64,000 nt of DNA, taken from Balanoglossus misakiensis (Eukaryota > Animalia > Hemichordata). This document shows positions 52,857 through 64,000 of this stretch, piece by piece (position 1 is the stretch's first letter; the number at the start of each line of letters is the position of its first letter). Under the pieces are notes generated by a model. It ran no database searches, was not told the DNA's origin, and was given only the letters and a program-made list of their open reading frames with translations. The DNA lies in contig CM082592.2 in NCBI GenBank assembly GCA_040954595.2, positions 7,117,677 to 7,181,676 of the forward strand, given 5' to 3'. The translations under genes were made by a program, and so were the position numbers.

Positions 52857-53711
52857 TTACAACTTATTACTGATCATTTTCTCATACAAAGGTGTGTATT
52901 CGTCGATTTGCTGCACAAGTTTATGCGGCAGACCTGTTATATCCACATCGGAGTCAGACGATGGTAGAAAGCTGGAGCTTTGCAGCGCCTTTTTATAAAA
53001 TATTTGGCGGAATTCGGGGGACTTCTTTACGAAGTCTGGGAAGTGGTCAACATTTCCCGGCTCCCAGTTCAGAAAAGACTCGCTGAACGGCAACCCGGTC
53101 GCACTGCAGTACTTCTGCAAAGTCTCCCTGGGCGAATTGGCCAAATCCTGGGAGTCGATCACTATTGGCCGTTGGTTCAGCTCCTCCGTGACGTACTCGT
53201 ACAGTTCGAAGAGTGGTGCCATATCGCAGAGCTCGATGCAAAGGTCGACCAGTGTGTCGGCGTCGGCCGTTGGCGCTACGGTTCTTGTACACTTGTACGA
53301 GGAAAGCACCGCGGGCTTCGGATGTCGCACCATGAAGGTGTGGACGTATCCGCGCGGAATGTACCCATAGTGATCCCTGCCTCCCAAGACCTTCACGCCG
53401 TCTTTGACAAACACGGCCGCCTTTCCAGGGTACGGTTTTTCAAGCAGTGCCTGCATATCACGATACGTACACCCGGGTACGACTGGACCTAGTGCAAATT
53501 TAGGGTGGCACCTTCGCTCCTCGCCGCGATAGAACGCCCTTGCGAATGGTTCATGGATCACATGAATACTCCTTTCGGACGCTATCGCACACTCTAACAC
53601 TGTCGATCTTGATCTGGCGTGGATCCACAAGATTACGCGAACTGGCGGTATATCCCCAGATTCAGACATCATCTCTGTGTGCGCCCCGGGTGTGGGCTCA
53701 GTCATATTCAT
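52857..53711 (-). CDS. Intronless sulfotransferase-like P-loop protein, copy 2 (tandem paralog)
   Basis: 284-aa ORF with RVILWIHARSRSTVLE, IHEPF, VFVKD, HTFMVRHP, DLANSPRETLQKYC and LQSSSF; collinear with copy 1. Confidence 0.75.
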   Translation of the reverse strand: MNMTEPTPGAHTEMMSESGDIPPVRVILWIHARSRSTVLECAIASERSIHVIHEPFARAFYRGEERRCHPKFALGPVVPGCTYRDMQALLEKPYPGKAAVFVKDGVKVLGGRDHYGYIPRGYVHTFMVRHPKPAVLSSYKCTRTVAPTADADTLVDLCIELCDMAPLFELYEYVTEELNQRPIVIDSQDLANSPRETLQKYCSATGLPFSESFLNWEPGNVDHFPDFVKKSPEFRQIFYKKALQSSSFLPSSDSDVDITGLPHKLVQQIDEYTPLYEKMISNKL

Positions 53712-54102
53712 AATGCATTCTTACTGTACTCTATCACGTGATAGCGTTCACTGCCCATCGGGGACACCGCGACTTGACAGATTTTATCGTGCATATCAAC
53801 CTTGAAAAGAATACGAAGTTCGACACACACACACCCTCTTTTGTAGACATTTCTCAGAGGAACTTACGATAAAATGCAGGCTTTTGACCCACTTGTTTGG
53901 CTCAAACAAACTTTTACATGCATGTAACCCCATATGTGTGTAACGGACCAAATATGATCGCACATGACATTAAACCATGGACCATATCATAAGACGGGAA
54001 GGATGTGGAAGCGTCTGTCGAAGATTTTGATGAAAATTCAGTGAACATTTTTATCATATCGTTCGACAGGGCGATCCTCTGCATGGTTGGGCCGCATCTT
54101 CA

Positions 54103-55929
54103 TCAGATAAGCCGGTACATTTCCACTGGTACACCTGGGAGGTCTCGCAGATAGGAGACATCTTTTCCCGCCAATTCTCGACCAATTCTGACAAAATCTG
54201 ACCAGTTCGATCGTCCACAGCTGAGGAAGACTTCCGCACCTGATGCGAAGAAAGTACAAACACGTCACGTGACCGAGTATAGACAACACCACAAAAAAAC
54301 CACCAAAGTTCACATTCTCTGTGATGAGACGTGAGTACATACCTTCGCATACTTCTTGCTCGACGAGCGAGAGTTTGTAATTGTCTTTTTTCAGGCGTCG
54401 AACCCGCTTGTCTTTCATGGACGTGACGTCACTTGCTGTGAAGACGTGCGGAACCTCATCCCTCAAACAGTCGACAAATTCCTGTGCATTGACGAAAAGA
54501 CAATTCAAGATTTACTCAAATGGCATTCGGTGAGTCGAGACTTTTAAACCTCTTCAAATAAGCAACCGTCTTCTTACCTGGCGGCGTGGGGGAGCTGCAA
54601 CGTAAACACAGTCGATGCCTCGACCTTCCATGAAACGGCCGACGGCACCTGCGGCACTTCGGCTTGCGTTGGCGAGCGTCACCAGGTCGCCTGAACATCT
54701 CTCAACACCGTTCAGCATTAAATGAAATTCACATCTGTCAAATAAAATAAATATGACAGTCACAGCTCTCATACCAACATAGAAAAAATATACATTAATT
54801 CTTTCTACAATAAATATAAAAAATACAAGACAACAGACTGGCGGAAAGAGTACTTGGGTAATCATAATAAAACAGCGGCAAAAGGAAAACATTTCCCCAA
54901 ATATAATGTTTTCCCATTTATGTAAATTACAGCTATGAGCAAATATTCATACTACCGAGTAGTAAGTAACACGTGGTTAGGACCAAAGCACCTGGACCAG
55001 GTGCTTTATAATTAGCAAACTGAACTTGAAACTGATTGGCCAATAAAATCCGTATACGCACACTTCACCAGTTCTGTTCCTCCAATGAATTGCAATGTAG
55101 GGTTTTCCTCCGCATATTTTCGACCGTACACGGTCGCCCATTTCTCTGACATACTCGGCCCGCAGGAAATAACCGTCCACCGATTTCAGGACCTCGGTTT
55201 CGTTCTCAATCATCAGGTCTTCAATCTGCAGTGGTCCGTGGATGGCGAGGCAGCGAGCGTCATCGGCCGCCTTCAGCTGTCCGGCGACTTCTGTCTTGTT
55301 CCTGCGGTTGGACCTCGTGTCCGGCAACTCGATGTCCCACAGGTTCTTGAAATCCGCCCTCGTCCTCTCGTACTGACCCCTGTGAAACCTCTTCATGGGT
55401 TCCCTCATCTTAGACAGGGGAAACTGGACGAGTAGATCGACGCCGTTGCCACACTCCGCCTTGTAGGTCTCCGGGGTCGCCAAGGCAACGAGCTCGCCCA
55501 GTTTGGCGGCGTCTATGCTTTCCCCGAACGTCCGCCAACCTCTGCTCCAACCTTCGATGAAGTGGTTGTGGAACGGAATCGTGACGATGGTCCTGTTGTG
55601 GGCGAGGGCGTACGCCACCAGCCGGCGAAAGCTCAGGTAGTTCCAGTTGGGCCCGCCTTCCCAGAACTGGACGGGGAAGAGATAGCGACGGGTGCGGGGC
55701 GCTGTTTGCCCAAGTGAAGATGACACCACTCGGAATGTGTCAACATCTGTTGTTTTGTTAGATGTAATATTCTGGTGAGAAATTTCAGAAACATTATTAC
55801 GCGAAAATTAAATCAGATATGCACATTGTATTTATTGAGCTGTAACCACAGGGAACAGCTAGAGGAATCTTGTCATCATCCTCATCCTCATCCTCATCCT
55901 CATCCTCATCCTCATCCTCATCCTCATCC

Positions 55930-55991
<62 letters not shown>

Positions 55992-56555
55992 GTCATCATC
56001 ATCATCATCATCAACATCATCATCATCATCATCAACAACAACAGTCTCCCCACACTCTATAATATAGCAAGGAATTGAAAGGTTTGTAGGACTATCACTT
56101 TTCTGAAAATCTGTACCTGAGGCGTGTAGCCTACTACGGTAACCTTGAAATCATTGTCAACCGTACATGTATGTGGACATCTGTCATGTTTGTGTCAGCT
56201 TGGTCTCGAAGTGCAAGTGCATTGGCGAGTTTATTTTTGGAAGCAAATGGTGGCTAATTACCTGTAAAATACGTGGCCTCTGTGTTTCAGTGAAAATGCC
56301 CTCTCTTGAGTTCAGAGACGACGTGGACGCGCTTTCCTCTCCTTTTCTCTCGATTGTACCTCCGTGAGTGGCGATTCCGGGGATCTGTACACCTCCGCCA
56401 CCGTCGACACCGGTGCGAACAAGGTTAGACGTTGCGTGTTCATATCTGCCACGCCGGGGAGATTCGCCAGACATCAAGCGTCGGTGGAACAGGTAAAGTT
56501 CTGGCAAGATTAACAGCATAAGTGGTCCCAGTAACCAAGCAAGGCGTCGTTTCAT
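54103..56555 (-). CDS. O-fucosyltransferase-family (POFUT-like) type II membrane glycosyltransferase, about 5 exons
   Basis: N-terminal anchor MKRRLAWLLGPLMLLILPELYLF. Exon 1 (..RILQ) joins in phase 0 to the acceptor at 55771. Motifs EGGPNWNYLSF..ALAHNRTIVTIPF, YIAIHWRN and LSLVEQEVCEGAEVFLSCGRSNWSDFVR...RLI*. Confidence 0.72.
55873..56042. repeat. (CATCCT)n/(CAT)n/(CAA)n compound microsatellite in fucosyltransferase intron 1
   Basis: Directly visible in the sequence. Confidence 0.97.
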
Positions 56556-58211
56556 TGTACTTTCTCTTTTTCAAGTCCACATAGCAACGCATCGCATCTC
56601 TTCCGTTTCGATAAAAAGCACCAACGACACATCACATGTTCCGATCACAAGAAATTTACGACTCTTAGTGAAAGTGGTGAAATGGTCGGATTGGGCTGTG
56701 CAATTTTGCTGACGGGGTTTTTGCGAACGAAGGTGTGATGAATGGACCGTGGATATAGTAATAATTCACCCCCGGAAGTTGAGTCTGATGGGCAGATGAA
56801 AGGCGATCAAAGTGACCACATTTGCATTTACTATATTCCCCATTATGCGTTTCTAAGGATAATGAAGAATTGTTGAAAGTAAGTGTTCAACCCCAAACCC
56901 ATACACCCCACGCTAAAATAGTTCAACCGATATTTCGCTATCCTCTTGCTTGTTTGGACAACCTCAACGCGGATGCGGTATATGACACGATTTGGTATTA
57001 GCGTCGCGTAACAGCTGTATTACAGATTTCAAAAACGCTTGGGCTTTTTCAAATACACAAATACTGGTGATTTTTGAGTTTCCATACAAAGAACTAAATA
57101 GTTCTCAACTGTTCACTCATGCAGATGCCACGGATCAAAGGCAAAGTATACGTCTTTATTATGACAATGTGTATTGGCTAGTATAGGCAAACCTTCAATA
57201 GTGTGTCATCAGCTTTTTGAGATGAAAAGAAATCGTTCAAAATAAAAGAAATGAAATGGTGTAGTATTAAATATCGCTCTGTTTCAGAGCAGCAAACGGT
57301 GAAGAGGTCCGCATAAACAAAACACAGCGACCCGGCGTTGTGGCACAGGCGTCGTGCGTGAGATTATTGAAATTGGCAGATTATTATTTTTTCAATACAT
57401 ATTCCCTGACACAAAAAGATTAATAAGGGTAGTATAACAGTGAATATGACATATGATAGGTTAAATAGCCACAGGAGCGAGCTGTATTTTGAGTGGTGGC
57501 TTTGCTTTCCTCTGCTTTTCCGATACTAGCCTATAGCTTGTCGAGTTCGTGGATTTTCCCATTATTTTTGTGAAAGTGTTCAGACTGATTTGTTTTGTAT
57601 AAGCATACGGTCACGAGCACACTCGGGCACGCCCAAATGGGCATGAAAGTAGAGATGGCGTTTCGTTTGCTTGCTGTGTTGATAAAAATGTGTATACATG
57701 TCGAAAATTACTGACATATGCAATACTTGACAATATACATAAGGATTCTGTTTCAGATAAATTTAGCCAGGATAAACACTGTGATTGACTTCACTCCACA
57801 CACAGACCGTTTGGTTTAGTTGGTCTGTTTGATCTGTGGATGAATCGCTGGCCAAAAAACATTCATCATTTTCAACGTAAAAGAAACGATTGACAAATAT
57901 TTATATTAAATAGAGATATCATGATGATAAACATCATATACAAACATGTATCGAATAAATCTGGATGAAGTCCGACGTGGCGTGTGGGTTTTTCCAAACA
58001 GCTTACACCATTTTGTAGATCACAAATAAAAAAGTTCAGGTGACCAGGAATATTCGAACATTTTAAACAAAATTTATCATCAAAAAGAATCTATTCCGAA
58101 TAAGGATGCTTCAGTCTCCTGTTAATAAGAGGGATTCAGCCTAGTATGCAAAATTCTGAGATTAATAAATAATATGTACTGAAGTGAAATTGCATGGGCA
58201 CATCATCTAAA

Positions 58212-59447
58212 TCATTCACCCAATTCTGTCGTTTCTTGAACTTGACTGTGACCTTGTACGGGGTCATCCTCCATTGGTTTAATCCTCCAACGGTCCGATC
58301 GCTCTGGACGCCTTGGAGCTGTGATGTCGTAAGACAGCGAAGAGTTGCCGGAGATGGTTGCCAGGGGCGACGGGATGCAACTGCGACACACACAAGAGCG
58401 ACCCACTCTTGTGGCGCGGCAGAGCTGAGTCAGTCGCGATCTCATCGCGTGATTTCGGAAGACGTACAGGTACGGGTTTATGGCGCATGAACAGAACGCC
58501 ATCCACGTGGCAAACGTCTCCCACCCAGGCGGGATCAGGAGGGGGTCCGTGGAAAACGATTCTATCATTATCAGAACGAAGTACGCCGTCCAGCAGAACG
58601 CAAACGTGAAAACAAGGATGATGGCAGTTTTTGCCGCTTTCCACTCGTTCTTCATTTTCCGATAAAGGGTTAAATAATGAACACTTATGGTGTCCATGTT
58701 ACTATGGTTACCCTCACGCCGACTGGAGCGCGGAGACGACACACTTTCCGCCCTCGGTTTATTCTTCCCCTTTCTTTTAATCACTCCGCGTACCATGACA
58801 ACGACGCGGACATACACGAACACCATGACAACCAAGGGAACCGCATAGCAACACAAAAAGTAGAAAAGTGTGTAGAGTCTTTCCACTGGGTCTGTGATTT
58901 TCCAATTCACCGTACAGGTGTACTTGTGGGGGTTGTAGACGATACAGTTCCACCCGAGCAGCGGGAGCAAAGCGATTAACAGACCGATGACCCAAGCGGC
59001 CACTATCGTGCCTACGCATCTCTCCGGGGTGATCAGGGACGGGTAACGCAGTGGCGAGATTATCGCGCAGTAGCGGTCGACGCTGATGGCCAGTAGCGTC
59101 AGAATCTCCACGGCGTAGAGCAAGAGTTGGGCGACGCCCGTGAACTGGCACCAGAATTCACCGAAGTGCCACGCGTTGGCGATGCACGACATGATGGCGA
59201 ACGGCATTACCAGGACGCCGATCAAGAAGCTGGAAACGACGAGATTCAGGACGAATCGGTTGGAGACAGTCAGCAGCGACCTCTTGGAGCAGAATAGAGC
59301 GAAAACCAGACAGGAGCCGATGACCGTGGCCAGAAATATCGCCGACAAGGTGGTTGTTTGTAGACCCGTGTATGGATCAAACACAGGGATGGTCGCGTTC
59401 AGGGATATGGTATCGTTCAGTGAAACGGCCATCGCGTCGACGCACAT
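58212..59447 (-). CDS. Intronless class A GPCR, GPR161-like
   Basis: Seven hydrophobic segments; LLTVSNRFVLNLVVSSFLIGVLVMPF, W.FGEFWC, AISVDRY, LPLLGW, FCW and INPYLY. TM2-3 resembles GPR161. First ATG at 59447. Confidence 0.85.
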   Translation of the reverse strand: MCVDAMAVSLNDTISLNATIPVFDPYTGLQTTTLSAIFLATVIGSCLVFALFCSKRSLLTVSNRFVLNLVVSSFLIGVLVMPFAIMSCIANAWHFGEFWCQFTGVAQLLLYAVEILTLLAISVDRYCAIISPLRYPSLITPERCVGTIVAAWVIGLLIALLPLLGWNCIVYNPHKYTCTVNWKITDPVERLYTLFYFLCCYAVPLVVMVFVYVRVVVMVRGVIKRKGKNKPRAESVSSPRSSRREGNHSNMDTISVHYLTLYRKMKNEWKAAKTAIILVFTFAFCWTAYFVLIMIESFSTDPLLIPPGWETFATWMAFCSCAINPYLYVFRNHAMRSRLTQLCRATRVGRSCVCRSCIPSPLATISGNSSLSYDITAPRRPERSDRWRIKPMEDDPVQGHSQVQETTELGE

Positions 59448-60719
59448 ATCAAATATGACATCCGAACGGATCAGAGATACAGTCGGCAATTTCTTATCAT
59501 TCCAGCGACGAGAATCAGCTAAGTATTTGGTGTAGAAGATTTATCAGGCAGACTAGAATGATAACCTCTCCAAAGCGAACATGCAGTCTTTACGGCCGGC
59601 TTGTCTCTCTCAAAGATCCAACAGTGAATAAAATAAAATTCACGGAAAGACGTCCACGTGTACTTTTTTCAGTTTCAAAGCGTTGCTAATGGTTACCGTG
59701 ATGACGATCACGCGCTCGGGAAGAAGTCAGACCGGTGAAGAAATCGGAGACAAGTAGGAATCCGTCGTTTGCGATGGTGAAGAATGATTATCAAGGGAAA
59801 ACACATCCCATTTGTGCATGCAACGAGTTCTTAGGCCAATATTTGCATCGATCACTGAAATCACATGTAATATATGTACAATCTCATGAGGCGAACAGAG
59901 TAATAAAATATGGCAATCTTCGCGTATTCGATAAAAGTTGGGCACCGACGACTTTACTTCCACGTATACAGGCCGTTCGTGGTCTGCCCGACGAGTGTGC
60001 ACACGAACCGGGAACGTTTGTCGATGCCCGCCCAGAAACAACACATAATTCAAAATCTTCCCTTCAAACGTGTTTGTTTTCGTCGGCTAACACGAACGTA
60101 TCGACACACATCCTTGTCACGGATGGTCTTATATGTCATGCTCGACTATTGCCTCGGCAACGCAGTGATAATTTTTCAACCGGCTTTGGGATACAGTCCC
60201 ATTCTGTCTGTGTGTCGATCTGAGAGCATGTCTGTGTCTATCCGTTTTGCCGTTTGTCGCTCAGAGTCTGTCTACCTGTCTTTCCACACCCATCGCGAAT
60301 CTCATTTTCTCGGCACCCAAGGAATACCAATCATTACAGATAGGGGTATGCCCCCCCCCCCGTGTCAATCAAATCCAAACAAGTAAATTTTAAAATAAAC
60401 TTTGTCCCATATAAATCTCAACATTCCACAATGTTGGTGTTGCTGCTTAGAAACCTGTATAACTAATATCAACACTCCGGCTGATTTCAGGGAAAAATCC
60501 CCGCCATTGATAACTATGCACATTATGACAGAAAATTACCTGTTGACATATTGGCGATAAGTCGAGTGGATTTCATGGCATCAGGGCTGGTGATGATTCT
60601 GTGTTCAAGGGGCTGCCTGTGTACGGTACCCATACGACCACACTATTTAGCATACCTGTTGAATCATTCACCGCCATGGCATTGTTATAGTTATTCCGCG
60701 TAGCAACGCCAATGTCACA

Positions 60720-60791
60720 TCCTCGATAGTATAGTGGTGAGTATCTCCGCCTGTCACGCGGAAGACCGGGGTTCAATTCCCCGTCGGGGAG
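60720..60791 (+). tRNA. tRNA-Asp (anticodon GTC)
   Basis: TCCTCGATAGTATAGTGGTGAGTATCTCCGCCTGTCACGCGGAAGACCGGGGTTCAATTCCCCGTCGGGGAG. Acceptor and anticodon stems pair and A/B boxes are present. Confidence 0.96.
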
Positions 60792-60793
60792 TA

Positions 60794-60802
60794 TTTTTTT
60801 TT
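60794..60802 (+). terminator. RNA polymerase III poly-T terminator
   Basis: Run of nine T immediately after the tRNA. Confidence 0.8.
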
Positions 60803-60989
60803 GCTCATACGGAGAGACAATATGTATGCAAGTACCAAGTGCATTATTCTTTCGGAAGTAAAATTTTCGCCATTTACAGAAGATTAAGACGCCACATACC
60901 AAATATATATATTCAATCCATAGAAGAACCAGTATTAACCCGGAAAACAACATCGTAACCAAGACTGCATTCGTAAATATCAACATGTT

Positions 60990-63247
60990 TTAAACTTTGG
61001 CTTCAAGTTCTGTGTCACTGCTTTTGTTGACCATTTCAACTTTTCGTACCTCTCCATATCCTTCGTATTGACCATGATGGGGTTTCCTGTCGAAAGAATA
61101 GAAAAAAAACATATAATGATTTAAAAATAAAAAGCAAATATAGAAGATACTTTAAAAGACAGATTTCCATTGAAAATGCCACCAAATAGTATATCGTAAC
61201 CATTCCTATGCCCGGATGGCCAATTGGCTTCTACGGTCAACCTATGTCACGTGACATGCACCGTGATATGGTTGGTGCCCAGTCTTCGATTCGAGTTTGT
61301 GCCTATGTGACGTTAGTCTCGGTTACCCAGACGCCTTTGCTTCTTCCGATGCTCTCCAGAAAAAGGGTCTGGGGAAATGCTATTGAAAGCTTTGTAAAAC
61401 AAAATGGCCGATGTCAGGATTTTGATCATCGCCTGATTGGCTGAGCTGTCAGTATGACCCGGGTCACTGCAATAGTTTCGACAATCGTCTACCAAAGATA
61501 TTTCATATAATTTCTCCAACAATGCTAACAGAGGACGCCTTTTGCCTTTCGCATCAACCAACAAGTACTGGTCTCTTGATATGAAGATACGACAAATAAT
61601 CACACATTGTCGACAGTCAGTAGCATTTCCCCAGACCCTTTTTCTGGAGAGCATCGGAAGAGCAAAGGCGTCTGGGTAACCGAGACTAATGTGACGTGGG
61701 ATTATAACACCGGACACAAGCTTTTTTACTCACTTCCCAAACCTTTCTCCCTCCGCCATGGTTTCCGGCAGTTTTCTCCCTCTCGTTTCCGGCAACGGCA
61801 GAACTATTGTCCCGGCAAGGATGGCTGAGACGCCGAAGATAACAGGTGGCAGCGGCAGCCACAGTGTCTTCAGGAGCAAGATTTGCGGGGAAACTATCGC
61901 GCCGAGGTAGGCGCACGTACAGCAAAGCCCAATGCCCATGGACCTAAAGAAAGTAAAACTGTGTTAACGCCATCTTGAAAATTTGCAGTGCATTATGGGT
62001 CAATTGAGTTCCGGTTGGGGGGAGTAGCGTCTACAACCTATCCAATTTTCCAGCGGTTTTGTCAGATTTTCTTCAAGTAACGTTAGTAGTAGTAGTTACA
62101 TGAAGAAACATGAGCGACCTCTAGTAGCCTGCCATAGAGAAATGCTGTGATTACCTTACAGGTGTTGGGAACAGTTCTGCCGAGTAGACCAACACTATGC
62201 CGAACGAGGACGAAATTCCAAATTTACCAATCATAGCCAGAGTTATACGTAACCATGTTAGATCTCCACCTGTTTAATAATACATTGATGAAGAAGTTAT
62301 GATCGAAATAATGTATATCATGGACAACGTAAAGTTCTTCTGTTCCAAATATGCCATTCTGGAAGCAAAAAAGGGAAAGTCGGCGTCCAAATTAGACTGG
62401 GATCTTGCAGTCTACATTCAAACGTGAAAAAAGTTGCGCGGGAACTGGTCTAACATTGCAATACTCACACTGTGGCACAAAGGCCGCCCCTATACATCCA
62501 CAGCCGCTCAGCAACATCGTCAGAAACAGCGACCAGCGACGTCCCAGCAAGGGGATCTCAAGTATATATGTTGCTACCAAGAAAGCCGGGATTTCCACGG
62601 TGGCTGATATGAACGCGTTGAGGTAGTCGCTGCCGCCCAGCGAAGACGTGTTCAGATTTAGACCGTAGTAGACCATACTGTTGGCTATGCTATAACGAAA
62701 TCGACGTCATAGGATTGATGTCAACTACTTGAAAGACGCGGGGAAATTGGAAGATTTTAGAGCAGCGTTGTCAACTACATCTTCACCACAGTAAAACGTT
62801 GTCAGTGATTATTCGATCAAAAACCGTCAAACTGCTAAACGAAGTCATAGCGTTGAGCTTAAAGAAATAAAGAGGCATGCACTTGCTGTAGTCACTTACA
62901 AGTTAAAAATCAAAATGAGTATCTTCTTTCTCATGTTCGGTAGTCTCAATAAACTCAACATACTCGGTGTAGCTTCGTCAACAGCGTTGTTGTTCTGTAC
63001 AATAAAGCAGTAATAGATGTTAAGAATAATTTTCCAACCATTTCTTAAAACACGAAACAAAGACGTGTCCAAGTCACCGCGATAATTTACCTGTTCGCTA
63101 TCATCACCACGCTCTGGTTGCCATGACCCGTCGAAGAGGTCGTCCGGGACCTCCACTTTGTTCACCCGGGCGGATTTACGTATGATTGCCTCGGCCTGTT
63201 TCTGTTTGCCCACAGACAGAAGCCATCTTGGAGACTCGGGGATGATC
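60990..63247 (-). CDS. SLC22 organic cation transporter-like MFS protein, 3' part (5' exons lie outside the window)
   Basis: IIPESPRWLL, LLRLPNMRK, MVYYGLNLNTSSLGGSDYLN..VEIPA..LGRR, MIGKFGISSSFGIVLVYSAELFPTPV and LPETRGRKLPET; the last exon ends ELEAKV*. Confidence 0.9.
61314..61688. mobile_element. Non-autonomous DNA transposon (375 bp) with about 68-bp TIRs (TAG...CTA) and 9-bp TSD ATGTGACGT, in the last SLC22 intron
   Basis: TAGTCTCGGTTACCCAGACGCCTTTGC...GGGGAAATGCTA pairs with TAGCATTTCCCC...TCTGGGTAACCGAGACTA. ATGTGACGT occurs at 61305-61313 and 61689-61697. Confidence 0.9.
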
Positions 63248-63299
63248 CTGCGTTTAGAAAAACAGAACTTGTAGTTCACCTAGTAACTCATGCACACAA

Positions 63300-64000
<701 letters not shown>

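Noticed and set aside
55775-56067. Poly-His, poly-Ser and poly-Met ORFs
   Set aside because: These are translations of an intronic (CAT)n repeat.
59727-60386. Overlapping 108-162 aa ORFs upstream of the GPCR
   Set aside because: No recognisable motifs; probably promoter or UTR sequence.

Overview
Eukaryotic, intron-rich, AT-rich animal genomic DNA. The gene set and protein similarity suggest an invertebrate deuterostome such as a hemichordate (inference). Gene order: INO80E (+), an EF-hand-less calpain with an N-terminal MGC acylation motif (-), Mondo/MLXIP-ChREBP (-, about 22 kb), CDC45 (-) head-to-head with UFD1 (+), XBP1 (-), a secreted amidase-type PGRP with two beta-defensin-like exon modules (-), two tandem intronless sulfotransferase-like genes (-), an O-fucosyltransferase-family gene (-), an intronless GPR161-like GPCR (-), tRNA-Asp(GTC) (+) and the 3' part of an SLC22 transporter (-). 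Highlights: (1) a complete XBP1 control circuit readable in the sequence, with a 20-nt IRE1 intron between two hairpins, a dual-frame last exon encoding an XBP1u HR2 segment and arrest-peptide-like tail, and a perfect ERSE; (2) U12-type introns in three consecutive genes; (3) a defensin-like-module PGRP beside a sulfotransferase/fucosyltransferase cluster; (4) several MITE-type inverted-repeat elements, one with a 9-bp TSD. Exon boundaries were read by eye and gene names come from remembered motifs; no database search was run.
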